DNA of 63,974 bases, counting the filler, from an uncultured Myxococcia bacterium (lineage in GTDB: Bacteria; CAZTWC01), in NCBI GenBank assembly GCA_964617105.1. It is 3 parts of 3 records of this genome, joined end to end, with 100 filler letters (N's around TTAATTAATTAA, not from the genome) between each part and the next. Parts side by side here need not be neighbours in the genome. Positions count along the whole stretch, not along the records: positions 45,639 to 63,974 come from CAZTWC010000048.1; 2 more parts are not named here. The stretch is one strand, 5' to 3'. The notes under the pieces were generated by a model. The model had not been told where the DNA came from. It worked only from the letters and a program-made list of their open reading frames with translations, and made no database searches. This document shows positions 48,601 to 57,675 of this stretch, piece after piece. The stretch's first letter is position 1. Each line of letters begins with the position of its first letter. A program made the position numbers and the translations under genes.

Positions 48601-50777
48601 GCAACAGTTGGGAGGAGTGTAAAAAGGATGAAAATAGCCTCTCTGACACCAACACCTACTGTCTGCCTAAGGGCTGCACCACCGACTCTGACTGTGGTGC
48701 TGACGGCGCGGTTTGTGATCAGGCAACTAAAACCTGCCATTCCGGCACTATCCAACCTGGATGTAAAGTGGATTCCGATTGCACCGACGATCACTTCTGT
48801 GATCAGGCTGATAATCAATGCAAACCAAAGCAGCAACACACCTGCACGGAGGACAGCCAATGTCCATCAACCCATGGGTGTGATCCCAATGACAACAAAT
48901 GCTGGCCCAAATGTAATGTGGACAACGACTGCCCGGCGGGATTGTCCTGCAATCCAGCCAGCAAATTGTGTGTCTGGTATTGTGATCCCCAAAGTGCCAT
49001 CCAGTGTGACACCAGTACCGTCTGTATTCCAGTTGAGCCCAAACACTCGCCAACCGGCGGTTTTTGCTTTAAAAAATGCGATCCTGCTCTTACCGATCCC
49101 GGCTGTAAAGCAGGCGTTGACAATGTAGGCGAAATTTGTTTATCCATTGGCCAGGCTGGCACAAATGTTTGTGTGCGCAAATGTACCACCAATGATCAAT
49201 GTCCCACCGACAATGTTTGCGATCCTGGCACTGGACAGTGTAATCCCACCGGACCGCCCAAATGCGCATCCAGCACCGAGTGCAACAGTTGGGAGGATTG
49301 CCGCACAGATGAAGCCAACCCTGCTGACACCACCACCTACTGCCTGCCGAAGGGCTGCACTGACGACACGATTTGCGGAACCGATGCTCTTTGCATGAAG
49401 GAGAATGGAGCCCAAACCGGGCACTGCAACCCCAAATGCCAACGCAATGAAGATTGCCCGCCGGATCACACCTGCGACCCCAACACCAGCATGTGCAAGC
49501 CACCAGAACCAGTCTCCTGTGCCAGTGATGGTGATTGTGCAACTGACCACTATTGCGATCAGACTGATAATCAATGCAAACCCAAACAGCCCACCTGCAC
49601 TGAGAACAGCCAGTGTCCATCAACTAACTATGGCTGCGATCTCACCGATAATAAATGCTGGCCCAAATGTGATGTGCCCGCCGATTGCCCCGCTGGACTA
49701 AGTTGCAATCCAAACACCAACTTGTGTGTCTGGTATTGCGATCCCAATGGTTCTAATCAGTGTGACACCAATACCGTCTGTATTCCAGTGGATACCACAT
49801 ACTCACCCACTGGCGGGTATTGCCTGAAAAAGTGTGATCCTGCTTTCACCGATCCGGGTTGCAAGATGGGGTCTGACAATTGGGGTGAAGCCTGTATTAC
49901 CCTTGGACAAAATGCGATAAATGTATGTGTAAGGAGATGTAAATCCGACTCAGAGTGCAGACCCGGTGTTTGTGATATAGCAACCGGTAAATGCGGCCCG
50001 GCCGAACTGCCCAAATGCACCGACGGCACCGAGTGCAACAGTTGGGAAGAGTGTAAAAAAGATGAAAACAACCTCTCTGACACCAACACCTACTGTCTGC
50101 CTAAGGGCTGCACCACCGACTCTGACTGTGGTGCTGACGGCGCGGTTTGTGATGAAACAACTAAAACCTGCCATTCCGGCACTGTCCAACCTGCATGTAA
50201 CGTGGATTCCGATTGCACCGCCGATCACTTCTGCGACCAGGCGGACAATCAATGTAAACCCAAACAGACCGCCTGCACGGAGGACAGCCAATGTCCAACT
50301 GACCACTTCTGCGATCAGGCTGATAATCAATGCAAACCCAAACAGACCGCCTGCACTGAGGACAGCCAGTGTTACGAAGGCTTTGTTTGCGAGCAGACCA
50401 CCAAGAAGTGCTGGCCCAAGTGCGATGTTGACACCGATTGCCCGGCTGGACCAACTTGCAATCCCGACACCAATATCTGTGCCTGGTTCTGCACTCCTGG
50501 ACAGATGAACCAGTGCGATGCTAATACCTTGTGTGTTCCGGTTACTACAAATATTTCACCCACCGGTGGAATGTGCTTGAAAAAGTGCGACCCGACCAAT
50601 CCAACTACCTGCAAAACCGGCATAGACCGAGTTACCGAGGTCTGCCAGCCCTGGACTACCGGAGAAGCCTTTTGTAAACCGCCATGTAAAGAGGACAAAG
50701 ATTGCGACGATGGCTCAAATAGTCTTATCTGCAACGATGCCACCGGTCTATGCGAGGCTGGTACGGGTGGGTTCTGA
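45639..50777 (+). CDS. Giant cysteine-rich repeat protein (5' truncated, internal gap at 47532-47541)
   Basis: Open frame of more than 1700 codons, three CDG(I/R)DNDCDG motifs, a DQDGDGY..DCDD motif and dozens of CxxDxDC-type modules. Confidence 0.85.
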   Translation, partial: DGNFVCTENPLEDVTDASSNLIGKRGGSYCHYQCISQRESCDGIDNDCDGKIDEGCGQLDPEAHIGKECADASQCQSLHGRLSLCVKSKPEDSMGVCNIPCQPGGFECSNLISADHMCTQVAGVNFCSTKCMNNHECRDHMVCQKDNNGRMVCLPGVKTDQDGDGYSPPLDCDDSNADLKPDNYDSCDGIDNDCDGKTDEDQGHIDCGEGECRVTVPECVDGKTNQCTPGEPTTETCDGRDNDCDGQVDEDAGCAPVIGKSCTSDSDCGMHLGTKSVQASCLESDGQKICILKNPGCPKEGCPSNTICLKDRILDEICLPNCDPTGCAIPGEFICQPNFEKDFFCWRKCQTNSDCQIYLADENKTINLVCSSSGQCFPPCDVSRGDNCPIGDSQNTGSFICIGKEIQDVLDSNNQVLGQRGGDHCIRRCLEDKDCGPNMFCNHKIKRCLGTPCNSDEECGSDYTCSNYKCVFFCANNEECRPGEICNTTDSRCHQKDCLNTLECPMGSFCDLTDKKCRPGVVEGCKDDGDCASDHFCDQYEHLCKPRYCKLESDCAEGFVCEDGSCHHTMPACKTDEDCGTGNNCQIAFGATEGECHPKPCEQDSDCGENARCQRSAHIPFTSGGSAMEVFXXXXIKQCRFWCNTNDQCSPGEFCDHADNHCKKEMIPRCGKDTDCFLDHYCQIEAGNSQGECKVKACTTDTECRQGSKCNLDTKHCYPYCDLNNTCPETYFCNFEEQHCFKGCKADGDCPDAENGTSFCNMILHTCQPGKAQCYRNSDCAANNYCDLRDLTCKPLNCQVNADGTSDCPTGEMCDRVDYQCRPHQRCTTDADCGHMLYCDQANSTCTYKACSDTEKCSEGFVCDTTKNICQPTACQEDSQCLEHHFCAVDMGYCLPRSKRPCTEHQECQSWERCRIYTVDTTLIRLCVNAHCQADEDCGPGAVCNLDKNGCELTKCASSQDCDPGMFCDPQGRCLHQGPKQCSATSECNSWEECKKDENSLSDTNTYCLPKGCTTDSDCGADGAVCDQATKTCHSGTIQPGCKVDSDCTDDHFCDQADNQCKPKQQHTCTEDSQCPSTHGCDPNDNKCWPKCNVDNDCPAGLSCNPASKLCVWYCDPQSAIQCDTSTVCIPVEPKHSPTGGFCFKKCDPALTDPGCKAGVDNVGEICLSIGQAGTNVCVRKCTTNDQCPTDNVCDPGTGQCNPTGPPKCASSTECNSWEDCRTDEANPADTTTYCLPKGCTDDTICGTDALCMKENGAQTGHCNPKCQRNEDCPPDHTCDPNTSMCKPPEPVSCASDGDCATDHYCDQTDNQCKPKQPTCTENSQCPSTNYGCDLTDNKCWPKCDVPADCPAGLSCNPNTNLCVWYCDPNGSNQCDTNTVCIPVDTTYSPTGGYCLKKCDPAFTDPGCKMGSDNWGEACITLGQNAINVCVRRCKSDSECRPGVCDIATGKCGPAELPKCTDGTECNSWEECKKDENNLSDTNTYCLPKGCTTDSDCGADGAVCDETTKTCHSGTVQPACNVDSDCTADHFCDQADNQCKPKQTACTEDSQCPTDHFCDQADNQCKPKQTACTEDSQCYEGFVCEQTTKKCWPKCDVDTDCPAGPTCNPDTNICAWFCTPGQMNQCDANTLCVPVTTNISPTGGMCLKKCDPTNPTTCKTGIDRVTEVCQPWTTGEAFCKPPCKEDKDCDDGSNSLICNDATGLCEAGTGGF
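48580..50760 (+). repeat. Three long intragenic tandem units (about 0.7 kb each) in the Cys-rich gene
   Basis: GAGTGCAACAGTTGGGA recurs at 48597, 49278 and 50031. Positions 48597-48829 and 50031-50263 are near-identical at the DNA level. Confidence 0.85.
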
Positions 50778-50791
50778 GTAGGGAGATTATT

Positions 50792-50837
50792 TAGTTCTCG
50801 TCCGAAAGCCACGAAGTGATTTAGCGGACGGGAACTA
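50792..50837. repeat. Short inverted-repeat element, family B (possible terminator/REP-like hairpin)
   Basis: TAGTTCTCGTCCG...CGGACGGGAACTA (12 of 13 complementary). The right end matches 59619-59642 at 20 of 24 bases. Confidence 0.65.
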
Positions 50838-50856
50838 TAGTTACCTTTAATAACTC

Positions 50857-51645
50857 ATGGAAAAAATCCTGGTTCATATCCGCTTTTATGAAGAGCTAAA
50901 CGATTTTTTGCCCCACTCCAGGAAAAAACAGGAATTTGTCCGGGAGTTTTGCCACCACACTTCGGTTAAAGATCTGGTAGAATCCTGTGGTGTGCCCCAT
51001 ACCGAAGTGGACTTGATCCTGGTGAATGGAAAATCAGTACCCTTTGAACACCAAATAAATCAAGGGGACCGAATTTCGGTTTATCCGGTATTTGAGTCCT
51101 TTGATATCTCTGATATTACCCGATTACAGGAGCGTCCGCTCAGAAACCTCCGGTTTGTGGCTGACCATAACCTGGGGAAACTAGCCCACAAAATGCGTCT
51201 TTTAGGTTTTGATGTAGCTCATCACATTAATATAGTTGACAAAAAATTGCTGGAGTTGATGGAAGAGGAGCAACGGATAATCCTGTCGCGTAACCTTTTG
51301 TTGCTAAAGAGAAAAATTGTCCTTCGGGGCTGTTTTATCCGCTCCAACTCCCCCAATGAGCAAGCCCGGCAGGTGATAAAACGATTCCATTTGCAAAACC
51401 AGATAAAGCCCTTTAGCCGGTGCACTGATTGCAATGGATTATTAATAGCGGTGGACAAAGAATCGGTGCTGGATATCCTGGAACCGCTAACCAAAAAATA
51501 CTATCATGATTTTAGCCAATGCCAATCGTGCCAAAAAGTCTATTGGCCAGGCTCCCACTTCGAGAAACTACAAGAGTTTATCCGGGAGTTGAAGAAGGAT
51601 TTGGGAAAAAATAGATCCGCAAATGGGAAATTCATGTGTCGATAG
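50857..51645 (+). CDS. Mut7-C RNase domain protein with N-terminal ubiquitin-like domain
   Basis: RFYEELNDFL, VKDLVES.GVPHTEVDLILVNG, FVADHNLGKLA..MRLLGFD, PFSRC..CNG.L, C..C.KVYWPGSH. Confidence 0.92.
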   Translation: MEKILVHIRFYEELNDFLPHSRKKQEFVREFCHHTSVKDLVESCGVPHTEVDLILVNGKSVPFEHQINQGDRISVYPVFESFDISDITRLQERPLRNLRFVADHNLGKLAHKMRLLGFDVAHHINIVDKKLLELMEEEQRIILSRNLLLLKRKIVLRGCFIRSNSPNEQARQVIKRFHLQNQIKPFSRCTDCNGLLIAVDKESVLDILEPLTKKYYHDFSQCQSCQKVYWPGSHFEKLQEFIRELKKDLGKNRSANGKFMCR

Positions 51646-51726
51646 TTTTGTCATTTCTCGCCCGCAGTATTAAGTCTATACAATAACCGTGCCGGACAGT
51701 AGTGATAAAAGTTGTCAAATTTCTTA

Positions 51727-51789
51727 TTGACATACGCTCAATTTAAATCTATACTAAATGACTAGACTGACGTGTCATTCTAGTCATTT
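51727..51789 (+). promoter_or_regulatory. Near-consensus sigma70 promoter with an operator-like palindrome over the start site
   Basis: TTGACA (51727-51732)-N17-TATACT (51750-51755), then AAATGACTAGA-N12-TCTAGTCATTT (51756-51789). AGGAGA RBS at 51828. Confidence 0.8.
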
Positions 51790-51839
51790 TCAAGAACAAT
51801 TATACATAATTAAACCATCTAATAACCAGGAGAGATACC

Positions 51840-54800
51840 ATGAGCGAGAAAAAATCTCAACAACTTAAAACTGTGCTGGGTATTGATATCGGTAGCCTAT
51901 TTCTAAAGATGGTGGCCTATGACCCCAGGGGAAAAAAATCCCTGGAGGAGATCTATGTTAATCACCGGGGAAACCCGATCAAAGCTATTCAGGAAGTAAT
52001 CGCTAACAACGGTAAATACCAGTACCAGAAAATTGGTGTTACTGGTAACGGCGCTAACTTACTCTGCCAACAAATCGAACAAGAGCCCATCGACGCCTGC
52101 CGTGCCCTGGTGCGGGTGATAAAAGAGAAATTTCCAAACGTACGCAACATTATCGATGTGGGTTCCGGCAGCATCACTTTGATTATGCTGGACCAAAACG
52201 GTAGTTTCCAAAACTTTTCTACCAACTCCCTGTGTGCCGCCGGCACCGGCTCTTTTCTGGATGAACAGGCCGGGAGACTGGGTCTTAGTTACAAAGATAT
52301 TAAAGAGGTGGATTGCGATTGTCCTCCCAATATCGCCACCCGCTGTTCTGTTTTCGCCAAAAGTGACTTGATCCACCGCCAGCAACAGGGTTACTCCAAA
52401 CAGGATCTGTGGTCTGGTCTATGCAAAGGGATGACCAGCACTATGTTACAAACCCTGTTGAACGGCAAGCCCTTAAGTGGCCTTACAGTAGTAACCGGGG
52501 GTGTAGCCCAGAACAAAGAGGTAATCAAATGGTTGAAAAAGAGATACGCCCAACAGATAACCACTTTTGAAGGAGCTCATACCGCTTCTGCCCTGGGTGC
52601 GGCCAAACTCTCTTCCATTGGGTCCCTGCCCGATAAAAATATTACAGTCGCCTGGGCCAATCTCAAGGAAACCCTGGTGGGCCGTGGTTCTGGTGAAGAT
52701 AACTACAGTCCTTTAAGACTGAAAAAAACCAAATATCCCAGTTTTGAAGTAAAAGAAAACTATGTAGATGAAGATGACAATGAAATCAGGATAAGTTATT
52801 GGCCCCAGGAGGGTGAAGTGCAGGCTTACATGGGTATTGACATCGGTTCCACCAGCACCAAAATACTGCTTATGGACGATGACAAAAAAGTGCTTTTGGA
52901 TATCTACCGCAAAACCGGCGGTGATCCCATTACCGCTACCAGAAAACTGTTCACCTCCCTCTCTAATCTGCTGAAAAAAAAGAACACCCCATTTAAAATT
53001 CTGGGATGCGGCACCACTGGCTCGGGCCGCAAGATGATAGGCTCTATTATTGGCGCTGATGCAGTAATCAACGAAATTACTGCTCACGTAACCGGTGCTA
53101 TGGACGTGGACCCGCAAATCGATACCATCTTTGAAATTGGAGGACAGGACTCCAAGTATATGCGCACCCGCGATGGCAACATCTACGACTCCAACATGAA
53201 TTATGTCTGCGCTGCAGGCACTGGTTCATTTGTTGAAGAAGTGGGCTCCAAACTTGGTTACAAGGTGTGGGAAGTAGGTCCGGCGGTAATCGATATTGCC
53301 CCGCCTAAAACCTCTGATCGCTGCACCGTTTTTATGGAACAGGATGTACACAAACTGATCCGACGCGGTTACAGCAAGGAGGAATGTCTGGCTGCAGTAA
53401 TGTATTCAGTGGTACAAAACTATCTCAACAAAGTGGTTGGAAATCGCTATTACTCCCGGAATAAAATATTCTTTCAAGGCGCCACTGCCCGAAACAAAGG
53501 ACTGGTAGCAGCCTTTGAAAACCTTTTGGGAGTAGAGATGGTGGTTTCACCATATTGCCACGTCATGGGTTGTTATGGTGTAGCCCTGCTAACCCGCGAG
53601 CAGATGCGCTCTGCTAATATTGCTAGCGTTTTCAAAGGGTTGGATTTGGCCAGTCGCAAAATAGACCTGAAAAAAGAGGTTTGCGAAATGTGCCATAATC
53701 TCTGTGAAATCACCTTTGCCCATATTGAAGATGATGACAATGTTCCCTCCTGGGGTTACCTGTGCGGTCGGGAACCTGACGATAAGAAGATGAAAGTGAG
53801 CAAACATTACAATCCCATACTCAAGCGAAATAAATTATTCCGTAGCCTGGAAAGAAAAAAACTGGGGAAAAACGCTCCCCAGGTTACCATGCCCTCTGGG
53901 TTGACCACCTACTCATTTTTCCCTCTCTGGCGCCACTTTTTCGCCGAATTGGGTATCAATTTAAAAATGGACAAGGTCACCGATGAAGCAGCCAAACAGC
54001 AAGGAGTTAGTCTGGTGGGGGCTGAATTCTGCTTTCCGATCAAAGCTATGCACGGACATTTGGCCAGACTCTGCGATCAGGATGAAAAAAATATTTTCTT
54101 TCCCTACATGATCTCCAACAAAAATTCCCGCCATACCTCCAACAGTTATTTTTGTCCTTATGTGATAAGCGCTCCAGCCACTATCAAAAGCGCTCTGGAA
54201 CTAAACGGTTACAACACCGATAACTTTATCTCCCCGGTTTTTGATCATCGGATGCCGAAAGATAAAATTATCGATGAATTGTTCGACAAAATTGGGCAAC
54301 GGTTTAAGTTTTCCCGGCGCAAAATCGCTAAAGCCCTGGCCCTGGGACTTAAGGCCCAAGATCATTTCGAGGAGAAATGCCGAACCNNNNNNNNNNCGAA
54401 GGTGAGAAAATACTGAAAGAACTAGCCGACCGGAAAGAAAAAGCCATTGTTATAATTGGCCGGCCCTACAATATTTACGATACCGGCATAAACCTGGAGT
54501 TGCCCCAAAAGATAGCAGACAAAGGTTTTACCGTGATTCCCCTGGATTTTATCCCCTTCGAGTCGCAATGGCTGGGAGATGAGTTTAACAACATGTACTG
54601 GAACTATGGCCAACGGATCATTTCGGCCATGAAAATTATCCGGGATAATCCCAATCTATTTGGAGTTTACTTCACCAATTTCAGTTGTGGTCCCGATTCT
54701 TTTATCCTCAGTTACGCTGAAGAAGTGTCGGGTAAAAAACCATTTTTGACCCTGGAGTTGGATGAGCATGGGGCTGATACCGGCTATATAACCAGAGTGG

Positions 54801-56050
54801 AAGCCTTTTTAGATGTGGTGAAAAACTTTGATGAACCCATCAAGGCTCCAGTGATCCATATACCAGATGCAAAATACAACGACTTTAAAAACCGTAAGTT
54901 ATGGATCCCGTCAATGGTCAACACCGGCGGTCGTCTCTTTGCCTCCGCTTTCAGAGGGGCGGGTTACGATTGCGAAGCCCTACCCGATGAGACCACTGAA
55001 AGTTTCGAAATTGGCCGTAGCGTAACCAGGGGTAGCGAATGCCTGCCCACCTCGGTTACCATTGGAGCACTGCTTAGTAAATTTAAACAAATAGATGCCG
55101 ATCCCAAAAAGCATGCTTTTTTTATGGCCACTGCAGATGGTCCCTGCCGTTTCGGCCAGTATTCCCTGCTGCACCGGATGATCTTAAACCGTTACGGATA
55201 CCAGGATGTGCCCATCTTGTCCCCATCCTCCCAAAACTCTTACCAGGGAATGGATGAGTCTCTTCGGCGCCAAATGTGGCTGTGCGTCCTTTTTGCCGAT
55301 ATTTTCAACAAGATCTGCTGCCGCATCCGCCCCTACGAAGTGAACAAAGGAGAAACCGACCGGATAGCAGAGTATTACCTGTGCGAAATGGAAAAATGCC
55401 TCTCCCGAGGTGGAAATCATCAGGATCAAAACCAGGTGATGTTACGCTTTATGAATGCCGCCAGAAATATTCTGCGGGAAGATGTAAAAAAACCTTTGGT
55501 AGGTATTGTTGGTGAAATTTACGTACGCTGCAATCCCTTCTGCAATGAAGAAGTTATCAAATCCATAGAAAGATATGGCGGCGAAGCGTGGCTGGCCCCC
55601 ATGGCGGAATGGTTTCTATATACCGCCCACATGCAATCCTTTGCCTTTAAAAAGGGCTTGGTGAGCAAGTGGACCTCCTGGCCCAGCGTATTAAAAAATA
55701 TCTTTATGACTTACTCTGAACATAGTTGGTACAAACTGTTCAAGGAAATTCTGGCCGATAGGATGGAACCGCCTATTGAGGAAGCCTTGAAAGAGGGGGA
55801 AAAAGATATTCCCATCTATTTTGAAGGTGAAACCATATTAACTGTAGGCCGGGCCCGCATGTTTATTAAGGAAGGGGCAAATATGGTAGTGAACTGTGCT
55901 CCCTTCACCTGTATGCCGGGCACCATCTGTACCGCTCTGTTTCAAAAAATTCAAACCGAAACCGGAGTTCCCATTGTTAACATGTTTTACGATGGTGAAG
56001 GAGACCTCAACTCCAGACTAAGTGTATTTGTTAACAATCTAGCCCATTAA
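51840..56050 (+). CDS. Fused CoA-substrate-specific enzyme activase / DUF2229 / dehydratase-like protein (PlsA/Ger family), one gene across the gap at 54387-54396
   Basis: Two ASKHA activase domains (GIDIGS, CAAGTGSF twice, RCSVFAKSD/RCTVF, EIGGQDSK), FCFPIK..HGH, GRPYN, FSCGPDSF, ELDEH, ECLP, GPCRFGQY, VGEIYVR, PFTCMPG. About 1400 aa in total. Confidence 0.85.
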
Positions 56051-56059
56051 AAGGTTATA

Positions 56060-56088
56060 GGTGTCAGGGGTCTTCGATCCCTGACACC
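56060..56088 (+). terminator. GC-rich hairpin after the activase gene (possible terminator; no U-tract)
   Basis: GGTGTCAGGGGT-CTTCG-ATCCCTGACACC, 12-bp stem with one G-U pair. Confidence 0.55.
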
Positions 56089-56167
56089 AAACATCTATTC
56101 CCTAATCCTCAACACCTAATTTTTATTGACTTTCTAGTCAAAAATAGATATAACTTCATAAAATAAT

Positions 56168-56812
56168 TTGACAATCCTCTTATTTAAAAAGGAGCATATT
56201 TTGTCGGCATTTACAAATTATAAACGTCGTATATATGTGGTGGACAAGGAATCACAAATAAAATTTACCATAATTACTATTGGGTCACTGGTATCTTTCG
56301 CTCTGCTGGTAGTTCTTATCATCTGGCTTCCCAGTTACCTGGCCCCTCTGTCGGAATCTGACGCTGGATCAAAAGTTATAGCCCAGGAATTCTCCCACCT
56401 GGTGGAAGGAGAAATTATCCCGGCTACTCTGGTTTTTCTGTTACTGGTCAGCCTGTTTACCATTTTTCATACTCATAAAATTTTCGGGCCGGTGTATCGT
56501 TTCCAACATTCTACAAAACGACTGGAAAACGGGGACCTGAAATTCTCTATTGTATTGAGAAAATGGGACTACTTGAAGGGGCTGCAAAACTCTATGAACA
56601 GTTTTATCTCCTCTTTGCGTAATAAAGTTATCAGTATGAAAAAATCGGTCAGCCAGTTAAACCAGGATTTAAATAATCTGAAAATTAGCATGGCCAAGGG
56701 TGAATTAAACCAAGAACACATACAGATAAAACTTGACAGTATTGCTAATCATATCAATAAGTTAGATAAGCATCTAGTCGAATTTAATGTTGATGAGGAG
56801 GACAAGTCCTAA
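56168..56812 (+). CDS. Small two-TM HAMP-domain protein (start codon uncertain)
   Basis: KRRIYVVDKESQIKF, two TMs, THKIFGPVYRF, LRKWD, coiled coil. Same architecture as 32412-33095. Confidence 0.72.
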   Translation: MTILLFKKEHILSAFTNYKRRIYVVDKESQIKFTIITIGSLVSFALLVVLIIWLPSYLAPLSESDAGSKVIAQEFSHLVEGEIIPATLVFLLLVSLFTIFHTHKIFGPVYRFQHSTKRLENGDLKFSIVLRKWDYLKGLQNSMNSFISSLRNKVISMKKSVSQLNQDLNNLKISMAKGELNQEHIQIKLDSIANHINKLDKHLVEFNVDEEDKS

Positions 56813-57670
56813 ATGATACGATACTTTGTAAAATCGCTTTTATTGACAATCTTTGGTGGATATATCCTGTTAAGTTCTCCTCTTCTAAGCGCAGAAGATC
56901 TTTCTCCAGAGGCTATTGAAGCAACCAAAAATATTGCTTCTGGTCAGGATAATCCTAACCCTGCTGCCGGCAATATCCAAACCGAGCAAAATCTGGTTGA
57001 GCAAGCGGTTATTGCTTTTAAAAACCGGGAAGATTTAGACCAGGCTCAAAAAGGGATACAACTATACGGACAATTACTGGAACAGAACAGGGATAAAATT
57101 TTATATTGGAACCGGCTGTTACGGCTATACTGGTGGTATGGTTCACATCTGCCCAAAAACGACCCCAATAAAGTAATTGTTTTTAAAAAAGGGCTTAGTA
57201 AGGCGCAAGAGATGGTTAGATTAATTCCCCGGGAACCCTTTGCCCACATGTGGGTTGGCGTCCTGTTAAGTTCCTGGGCAATGGAAAAAGGGTTAATAAA
57301 TGTTTTAACCAAGTTAAGCGCCATTCGAAAAAATTTTGAGAAAGCGGTATCTCTGGACCCAAAATTTTCCTGGGGACACCGTTTGATAGGCAGATGTTAT
57401 AGAGATGCCCCGGGTTGGCCCCTCTCTTACGGCGATATGGATAAAGCTTTTGCCTATTTTTCCAAGGCCCGGGAATTTAATCCCCAAGACTTGCGTATCT
57501 ACCTGGATATGGCTATTGCCTATCATAAAATCAAAAAATGGGCCGAAGCAAAAAAATGGGCTAAAAAAGCGCTTGATATGCCAATAATCACTGATTCAGA
57601 TATAGCAGCCGAGCACCGGGAAGCCAAGGAGCATGCCAAAGAGATTTTTAACATATTGAAATCAAAGTAA
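56813..57670 (+). CDS. Exported TPR-repeat protein
   Basis: Signal peptide, TPR-like helices (FEKAVSLDP, AFAYFSKAREFNP), GR.Y..APGWPLSYGD. Confidence 0.75.
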   Translation: MIRYFVKSLLLTIFGGYILLSSPLLSAEDLSPEAIEATKNIASGQDNPNPAAGNIQTEQNLVEQAVIAFKNREDLDQAQKGIQLYGQLLEQNRDKILYWNRLLRLYWWYGSHLPKNDPNKVIVFKKGLSKAQEMVRLIPREPFAHMWVGVLLSSWAMEKGLINVLTKLSAIRKNFEKAVSLDPKFSWGHRLIGRCYRDAPGWPLSYGDMDKAFAYFSKAREFNPQDLRIYLDMAIAYHKIKKWAEAKKWAKKALDMPIITDSDIAAEHREAKEHAKEIFNILKSK

Positions 57671-57675
57671 TTAAT

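Noticed and set aside
42376-50777. Operon or fusion linking the multiheme cytochrome to the Cys-rich protein
   Set aside because: They are separated by the artificial linker and lie on different scaffolds.
45591-50812. Long antisense and alternate-frame ORFs over the Cys-rich gene (e.g. 45591-46451, 46452-47123, 47760-48431)
   Set aside because: Shadow ORFs caused by repetitive, biased codon use; no recognisable motifs.
54377-56050. Separate 557-aa gene downstream of the activase
   Set aside because: The apparent split coincides with a 10-N gap, and the sequence reads continuously as EEKCRT...EGEKILKEL, as in single-chain family members.
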